A program made the translations under genes and the position numbers. Positions 55,957 to 64,000 of a DNA stretch of 64,000 nucleotides are shown here, in pieces (positions within the stretch are counted from its first letter, which is position 1; every line of letters starts with the position of its first letter). Below the pieces are notes generated by a model. It had not been told where the DNA came from. It worked only from the letters and a program-made list of their open reading frames with translations, and ran no database searches. Source of the stretch: Octopus vulgaris (lineage: Eukaryota); NCBI GenBank assembly GCA_951406725.2, contig OX597839.1, forward strand, positions 27,156,001-27,220,000, given 5' to 3'.

Positions 55957-56657
55957 TCTTTATATATAAAAGTGAAGTTGTGTGTCTGTCTCCTACGATT
56001 TAGATTCCTAACTACTCCCACATTTTGCGGTTTTAAAAATAATTTACCATCATTTTTTCCATTTTAATGCATTTTTTCGCTATTATATAAGGGAAGTAAC
56101 TCTCTAAAAATGTCTACGATGAGTCAAGGATTTTTAAAAAAAAATTACCATCATTTTTTTCCCTTTTTTAATGCATTTTTTTGCTATCTTTTGGCTATAA
56201 CTCTCTAAAAATGCTTTATAGTTATTTCCCTTACAAATCCGAGCAACGCCGGGCGATACTGCTAGTTTATATATAAAAGTGAAGTTGTGTGTCTGTCTCC
56301 TACGATTTAGATTCCTAACTACTCCCACATTTTGCGGTGCAGTGTAACCAAAAGCGGGTATCTTATAGTTGTGATTCATATCGAGCCCTTCTGGGTATTA
56401 GCGAGCGTCTACGATGAGTCTACGAATTTAAAAATAATTTACCATCAATTTTTCCCATTTTTAATGCATTTTTGGCATATATAAGGTAAGTAACACTCTA
56501 AAAATTTATTATTAAATCTCAGAACGTAAAAAGCTACAGTAACACCGCCCCCTTTGTGGTTAGCCATATTGAGATGGCTTTTTGGCTATAACTCTCTAAA
56601 AATGCTTATATAGTTATTTCCCTTACAAACCCGAGCAACGCCGGGTGATACTGCTAG
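55957..56657 (+). mobile_element. Head-to-tail Helitron dimer (55957-56265, 56266-56657)
   Basis: Two copies of the same family joined ctag|tttatatataaaagtg. Confidence 0.88.
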
Positions 56658-57322
56658 TGTTTATATAAAACACGAATGAACTACGAAGTAAATTTCCGCT
56701 CATAAATCTTGATAATGAATTGATATGTTCAGTGAAGCGAAAGACTGGTGATTTCAAACGAGTGAATGGCCGATCGGTCGGTCGTTCGTTCGTTGCTGCC
56801 TTATGTAACACTTTGTACAAGAAGAGATAACTCGCTCTTATCTCTATAGGTAGGCCGGCCGTAAATGGCTGATTTATAAGGCTCTTATCGCCGTGGCTTT
56901 GTTTATAACCCTTTATGTTGGCTCACTTTATGTTAACTCCTGTTATATTAAAGTTCTTTTATGTGCGGAAGTCGACAAGAAGGAGGCGAATTGCTGTTGT
57001 TGTTTGTAGAAGGTTGCAGCGGGGAAGGGAATTTCCGTAGAGATTCTTCGATTTTCCTATCGAAGTGAACGTTGCATTTTATGCTTTCGGGATCGATAAA
57101 AGAGAAAAAAAAGACTATTAAATCCAGGAGGGTGAATTAGAGGAACGAACACACACACACACACACGCACACACACACGTACGCACGCACGCACACACAC
57201 CCACGCACGCACGCATGCACGCATGCTGGCACACGCACACACACACACACGCACACGCACACGCGCGCGCACACACACACACCCACACACACACGCACGC
57301 ACGCACACACGCACACACACAC

Positions 57323-57366
<44 letters not shown>

Positions 57367-57493
57367 ACGCACACACGCACGCACACACACGCACGCACAC
57401 ACACACACACGCACGCACACGTACACACACACATACACACACACGCACGCACGCACACGCACACACACACACACACACACGCATGCACGCACG

Positions 57494-57525
<32 letters not shown>

Positions 57526-58189
57526 CATAGAGGCAAAGCCGTAGTTACATGAGTAAGAATTTCGCTTCTCGACCACATGGTTCGAGGTTCAGTCCCACTG
57601 CAGCCTCATAGCCTCGCGTAGACCAATGCCTTGTGAGTGGATTTGGTAGACGGAAACTGAAAGAAGCCCCTCGTATATATGTATACGTCTATCTATGTGT
57701 GTGTCTTTGTGTATGTGTTCGTCCCCCACCACCGCTTGACGACTGGTGTCCATGTATTTACCTGCTCGTAACTTAACGGTTCGACAAAAAGAGACCAATA
57801 GAACATGTACCACGTTCAAAAGAGAAATAATGCACAGCAGTCTATTCGTTCGACTAAAATTCTTCAAGACATTGCTCCAGCATGGCCGCAGATTAATGAT
57901 TGAAACTGATTATATATATATATATATAGCTATACTTTTATTCTTTTACTTGATTTAGTCATTTGGCTGTGACCATGCTGGAACAGCACCTTTTTTAGTC
58001 GAAGAAATCGCACCCCCCGAACTTATTTTTTGTAAGCCTAGCAGCTATTCTATCGGTCCTTGTTGCCAAACCGCTAAGTTACGGGGACGCTACCACACCA
58101 ACATTAGGGGACAGACATTATGTCCACCAACTCGAGAATGTGGTACAAGCAAAGTATTAATAAAACACTCAGGGAAGGAAAGAAAGGGT

Positions 58190-58224
58190 GTTTTACGTTT
58201 CGAGCAAAGCTCTTCTTCACAAAC
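58190..58224 (-). ncRNA. Minimal hammerhead-like motif (GUGAAGA, C3 changed)
   Basis: Minus strand: gttt GTGAAGA a gagc ttt gctc GAAA cg TA aaac; directly abuts (TA)n. Confidence 0.55.
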
Positions 58225-58238
58225 TATATATATATATA

Positions 58239-58605
58239 GGCGCAGGAGTGGCTGTGTGGTAAGTAGCTTGCCTACCAACCACATGGTTCTGGGTTCAGTC
58301 CCACTGCGTGGCATCTTGGGCAAGTGTCTTCTGCTATAGCCCCGGGCCGACCAATGCCTTGTGAGTGGATTTGGTAGACGGAAACTGAAAGAAGCCTGTC
58401 GTATATATGTATATATGCGTGTGTGTGTTTGTGTGTCTGTGTTTGTCCCCCTAGCATTGCTTGGCAACCGATGCTGGTGTGTTTATGTCCCCGTTACTTA
58501 GCGGTTCGGCAAAAGAGACCAATAGAATAAGTACGGGGTCGAGTTGCTCGATTAAAGGCGGTGCTCCAGCATGGCCGCAGTCAAATGACCGAAACAAGTA
58601 AAAGA
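58239..58605 (+). mobile_element. SINE family A copy
   Basis: Same consensus. Confidence 0.85.
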
Positions 58606-58629
58606 GTATATATATATATATAGTAGGCA

Positions 58630-59405
58630 TCTGTTGATCTCGAGATCTGCACACAAAGAAATCGTGTCAGCTGATGGTGATGCAGCGTCTGTTGTAACCG
58701 TACAGACCCACACAGGAGTGGCAGTCACACATATAGCGACTGCATCTAAACGAGCTCTCTGCCGACGCTGCCGATTTTTCCTTCGGTCGAGTGCGCTTTT
58801 CTTCGATGGCGAGTTCCTGTTTTTTTCCACTTTCTTCATTGCTTTTTGTTGTACCGTATTTTAACATGTATAAGGAACCCTCCAATTTTTTGGGGTGGGG
58901 GGCTTAAAATTTGGAAAAAATGGTTTTGTAAGGGATTATAATACTATCCATGTATAAGAAACTCCCATATTTTTTTAACCTAATTTTTGTCAAAGAAAGG
59001 TTCCTTATACACGTTAAAATACAGTATTTGGCTCCAGTGTGGGCAATCATTTGCAACTTTCTCCAATCTCAGGAAGTCCAGATCAAGCGACTTCATATCT
59101 CTCTTACAGACGTCTTTGAAACGAAGATGAGGTGGTACTCGTGCCCTTGTGCCAGTAGCCAATTTCCCCATACAGGAAGTCTTTTGGGATCCTTCCATCT
59201 GGCATGCGATGAACACGACCGAGTCAGCGCAAACGGCGCTGTTGGAGCAAGATGTGTATGCTGGATATCTAGGCTCGATTGAGGACTTTGGTGATGTGGT
59301 CGGTCCACTTGATGTCCAAGATGCGTCTTAAATTGCGAATGTGTAAGACGTTAAGACACCGCTCCTGTCCAGAGCAGAGGCTCCACGTCTCAATATCATA
59401 AACTA

Positions 59406-59408
<3 letters not shown>
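58630..59408 (-). mobile_element. Degenerate RTE LINE 3' fragment
   Basis: LVYDIETWSL..LRRILDIKWTDHIT and GTRARVPPHLRFKDVCKRDMKSL. Confidence 0.8.
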
Positions 59409-59444
<36 letters not shown>

Positions 59445-59485
59445 GACAGTCATCTAAAAGTTTTTGCTCTTCATGGTGCTGACAT

Positions 59486-59590
59486 AAGTTCCTTGTCTTT
59501 CCTGATGAGATGGCGGCATAATGCACCCTCTATTCCTTCGGAATTAGGAATATGCAGCCTTCGAAACATGTGTCGAGAGTAAAGGAATTT
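59486..59590 (+). ncRNA. Type I hammerhead ribozyme, intact core
   Basis: aagttcctt-gt-ctttc CTGATGA(59502-08) gatggcggcata..tatgcagccttc GAAA c atgt g TC gagag-ta-aaggaattt: stem I in two helices, stem II 10/12 pairs, minimal stem III, GUC cleavage triplet ending at 59574. Confidence 0.85.
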
Positions 59591-59775
59591 TGTTAAAATC
59601 GTCGTTCAACTCCATTCTTTCATTTATTCATAGTTAAAAAAAACACACAAATTTACACACGAGAACACGGGATCTCTGCCCTTGGCATATAGCTTCAACC
59701 ATGTTTTCTGACGTGAATTTGCTACCCAGGTATCGGTTAACCGAATTATCCATAGTAGGATAATTCATTCACCTT

Positions 59776-59808
<33 letters not shown>

Positions 59809-59855
59809 CAATAATAAATCTCTAAACGAGATGTAAACAGTTACTGCATGACAAC

Positions 59856-59970
59856 GTAAAGTATACTAGCCATCTCAATATGGCTAACCACTAAGTGTGG
59901 GTGTTACTAAAGCTTGTAACCCCACCCACCCTTAGTGGTTAGCCATATTGAGATGGCTAGTATACTTTAC
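59856..59970. repeat. Perfect ~40-bp inverted repeat (hairpin/MITE)
   Basis: gtaaagtatactagccatctcaatatggctaaccactaag and its reverse complement. Confidence 0.85.
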
Positions 59971-59984
59971 TTATATATATATAT

Positions 59985-60162
59985 AGGAGTGGCTGTGTGG
60001 TAAGTAGCTTGCTAACCAACCACATGGTTCCGGGTTCAGTCCCACTGCGTGGCATCTTGGGCAAGTGTCTTCTGCTATAGCCCCGGGCCGACCAATGCCT
60101 TGTGAGTGGATTTGGTAGATGGAAACTGAAAGAAGCCTGTCGTATATATGTGTATATATATT

Positions 60163-60195
<33 letters not shown>

Positions 60196-60415
60196 ATGTG
60201 TTTGTGTGTCTGTGTTTGTCCCCGCTAGCATTGCTTGACAACCGATGCTGATGTGTTTACGTCCCCGTCACTTAGCGGTTCGGCAAAAGAGACCGATAGA
60301 ATAAGTACTGGGCTTACAAAGAATAAGTCCTGGGGTCGATTTGTTCGACTACAGGCGGTGCTCCAGCATGGCCGCAGTCAAATGACTGAAACAAGTAAAA
60401 GAGAGTAAAAGAGTA
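59985..60415 (+). mobile_element. SINE family A full copy
   Basis: Same consensus. Confidence 0.85.
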
Positions 60416-60912
60416 AATATATACACACACACATACATTCGTATATGCATATTGATCATAAGTGTGTATGTGTGTATGTATATATATATATACGTAAGTG
60501 TGTATGTATATATATATATAAGTGTGTATGAACACACATTCTAATAGACGAACGGCTATATCTATGTGCATATGTACAGGTGTATATGTTATGTGTTATG
60601 TGGTTTGGAGTTCTTTTGATACGTTCCATTTAAAAATCGTCCGCCACCTTCTCTCCTTCCTCTCCTCACAAAAAGAGAGCAATTTACTTAAGAGCGATAA
60701 CATTAAAAAAATGAAAGAACAAACTAAATTACCAATACTGTGTTTTGTAGCGATAGTTTCCTGACTATACACACACACACATATACGCATATATATATGT
60801 ATATATATATATATGTATGCACATATGTATGTGTATATATATAAATATATATAAAGTCATTTACACGCCTCTCTCTCTCAGTCTCTCTCTCACTCTCTCT
60901 CTCTCTCTCTCT

Positions 60913-60951
<39 letters not shown>

Positions 60952-61008
60952 TATGAACGTGTGCATATATATATATATATATATACGCACACATATATGC
61001 ATATCTAT

Positions 61009-61054
<46 letters not shown>

Positions 61055-61882
61055 ATTTATATACCATATTCACATATATATATATAGACACATATAAATG
61101 TGTGCATATATATGTATATTTATATACATACATACAGATAGATGGATAAACAAACAGTAAAGTATATATATATATATATATATACATATATATACACACA
61201 CACACACACACATACGCATACAGAGATAGATAGATATTCATACAAACACACACACGTGTGAATATATGCATGATGGTGGTGGTGGTGGTGGTGGTGGTGG
61301 TAGAGTAGAGGAAGAGAGAGAGAGAGAGAGAGAGAAAGGCGGTGGTTGTACTTTTAAATAGGTCAATCGGTTTCACATTTGATGTCTGATATTACATCAG
61401 GTTGTAGGAGGGAGACGAGGAAGAGAAGGGAGAGGAGACAGGAGACAAGGGGGGGAATCTGGAGAAAGACACAGGAGAAGAGGAGGAGGAGAGGGAGAGG
61501 TGGGAAAAAAAAAAGTAAAATTGGTGGCAGGAGGAGACTAAAGGCAGAATAGGGAATAAATGACAGAGGCGGGGGGGGGGGGGCTGTATAAGAAGGCAGG
61601 TGGCGGTAGAGGAAAGGGGAGCCAGAAGGTATAGAGAAGGATGAGGACAAAATGTGAAGAATAGAGAAAGGATGGTGGTGGTGGTGGTGGTGAGAGTTAT
61701 AAGAACAGGTATTGTCGGGGTGGGGGTAGAATAGAGGGCAGAGCGTGGGGAAGGAAGGCAGAAGGATAGAAAGAGGTGAGAGAAGCGAATGGTATATATA
61801 CATATATATATATATATACCGGAGTAAACACATAAATGTGAAACAAGGTGGAAAAAAAGAGTACTCAAATACCAGTGGTAGA

Positions 61883-61921
<39 letters not shown>

Positions 61922-61951
61922 TATATCTATGCATATGTATATATGTGCGTT

Positions 61952-61996
<45 letters not shown>

Positions 61997-62187
61997 ATAT
62001 ATATATATATATATATGAGTAAAAATTTCTAAAATCTTTATTACCCTGATATTATTAATTATATATAGAGATATAGTTGGAATTTACCAAAAAACAAAAA
62101 AACAAAAACAAAAATAAACAAAACAAAAGACTGGAGACGTGTGTAGACAACAGATGTATTAGTTTAGCGCTCGGGAAGTGAGAAAGT

Positions 62188-62223
62188 CTTTTACGTTTCG
62201 AGCCTACGCTCTTCCACAGAAAG
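62188..62223 (-). ncRNA. Minimal hammerhead-like motif (CUGUGGA variant), family copy 3, within element ~62075-62270
   Basis: Minus strand: cttt CTGTGGA a gagc gtag gctc GAAA cg TA aaag. Confidence 0.6.
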
Positions 62224-62731
62224 GGACACAGAAATAAACAGAGAGAGAAAATAAAAAAAAAGGTTTAGTGATGCCCCAACATGGCCACAGTCTAATGACT
62301 GGAACAAGTAAAAGATACACACACACACACACACGCACACACACACACACACATGCACACACACACACATACATACAGGTGAGTACATAAGTGCAAAACA
62401 AGGTGGCAAAAATAGTACTCAAATACCAAAGGTAGGGTAATTTGCCTTTATTAAACCTGCAAAATTCTTTTCTACTCTAGGCACAAGACCCGACATTTTG
62501 GGTCAAAAGGGGTCAATTAAGCCTGCAAAGTTACTACAAAAACTGTTGCTCAGATTGCATGTGTCCGTCCGTTCGTCCAGACAGTTTTGATGAAAACTCT
62601 CAGTTACAGCTTTGAGATAATTTTGCTGCTTTAGTAAAAGTATTTATATATTTTTTTCTACAGAATTAGGATAAAATCATTATTTAATGATTTATCAGTG
62701 GCCAGCATAGTAAAAATGCCATAATGGTTAA

Positions 62732-63131
62732 TCTTTATATATAAAAGTGAAGTTGTGTGTCTGTCTCCTACGATTTAGATTCCTAACTACTCCCACATTT
62801 TGCGGTGCAGTTTAACCAAAACCGGGTATCTTATAGTCGTGATTCATATCGAGCCCTTCTGGGTATTAGCGCGCGTCTACGATGAGTCGAGTCTACGATT
62901 TAAAAAAAAATTTACCATCATTTTTTTCCATTTTAATGAATTTTTTTCGCTATTATATAAGGGAAGTAACTCTCTAAAAAATGTCTACGATGAGTCAACG
63001 ATTTAAAAAAATTTACCATCATTTTTTTCCATTTTTAATGCATTTTTTGCTATTTTTTGGCTATAACTCTCTAAAAATGCTTTATAGTTATTTCCCTTAC
63101 AAACCCAAGCAACGCCGGGCGATACTGCTAG
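62732..63131 (+). mobile_element. Non-autonomous Helitron, same family
   Basis: a|TC...hairpin...CTAG|t. Confidence 0.88.
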
Positions 63132-63139
63132 TGTTCATT

Positions 63140-63332
63140 AAAATTATAATAAGGGTGCTGAATGACTACAAAACCAGTCTGCTAGAAATAGACCCCAAAT
63201 GGTCTATGAACCACTTAGATTATTACTCCACTACATAGGGTTGTAAGCAAGGAAAATAGACAGTGAGGATTTATTTGGGGTCTATTTCTAGCAGACTGGT
63301 GCTGTAATCATTCAGTACCCTTTTATAGTTTT
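63140..63332. mobile_element. Foldback MITE with ~50-60 bp TIRs
   Basis: aagggtgctgaatgactaca..ccagtctgctagaaatagaccccaaat is inverted at 63273-63322. Confidence 0.75.
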
Positions 63333-63585
63333 ACATATATAAATATATATCATCATCATCGTTTAACGTCTGCTTTCCATGCTAGATGGTTACACCAGAC
63401 TCCAATTTGATCTGGCAGAGTTTCTACAGCTGGATGCCCTATATATATACTCTTTTACTCTTTTAGCTGTTTCAGTCATTTGACTGCGGCCATGCTGGAG
63501 CACCGCCTTTAATCGAGCAACTCGACCCCGGAACTTATTCTTTTGTAAGCCCAGTACTTATTCTATCGGCCTCTTTTGCCGAACC

Positions 63586-63716
<131 letters not shown>

Positions 63717-64000
63717 TTAGATTTACTGAATGCGCTTCCAAATAGTTCCAGCCAAATTGTCTTCAGCTTGGTATTTATCTCCACTCCCTCCTGTTCCTCC
63801 TCCTCCTCCTCTTCCCCTTCTTCTTCTTCTTCTTCTTCCTCTTCTCCTTCCACTCTTTCCTCCTCTTCTTCATTTGTTGCGCATGGCATAACATCCAATC
63901 CTTGTAAATAGTGAAGTCTTGGGGAAACAAAACAAACAAATAAATAAAAAGGAAAAAAATAACATATACATATGCATATATATATATTCATGTATATATA

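Overview
Repeat-dense eukaryotic DNA, most likely an octopus/cephalopod genome (inferred from the tRNA-derived SINE repertoire and microsatellite load, not proven). The only convincing host gene is a UNC-93-like MFS membrane protein: one large coding exon (6746-8170, +) ending at a phase-0 GT donor. No next exon was recognised, so the remaining ~56 kb is probably a single giant intron. That interval is filled with several SINE families, RTE and Dong/R4-like LINE fragments, non-autonomous Helitrons, hAT and Tc1/mariner MITEs, minisatellites and microsatellites. Almost all other listed ORFs are repeat artefacts. The most notable signal is a set of short elements next to (TA)n tracts that carry minimal type I hammerhead ribozyme motifs: an intact one at 59486-59590 (+), an inverted pair at 11973-12141, a three-copy family with a conserved CUGURGA core variant, and one more at 58190-58224. 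Other highlights are a SINE whose 3' tail matches an RTE LINE in the same window, a transposon-derived 30-bp minisatellite, and a candidate recursive splice site. All structures and alignments were read by eye; repeat boundaries are approximate.
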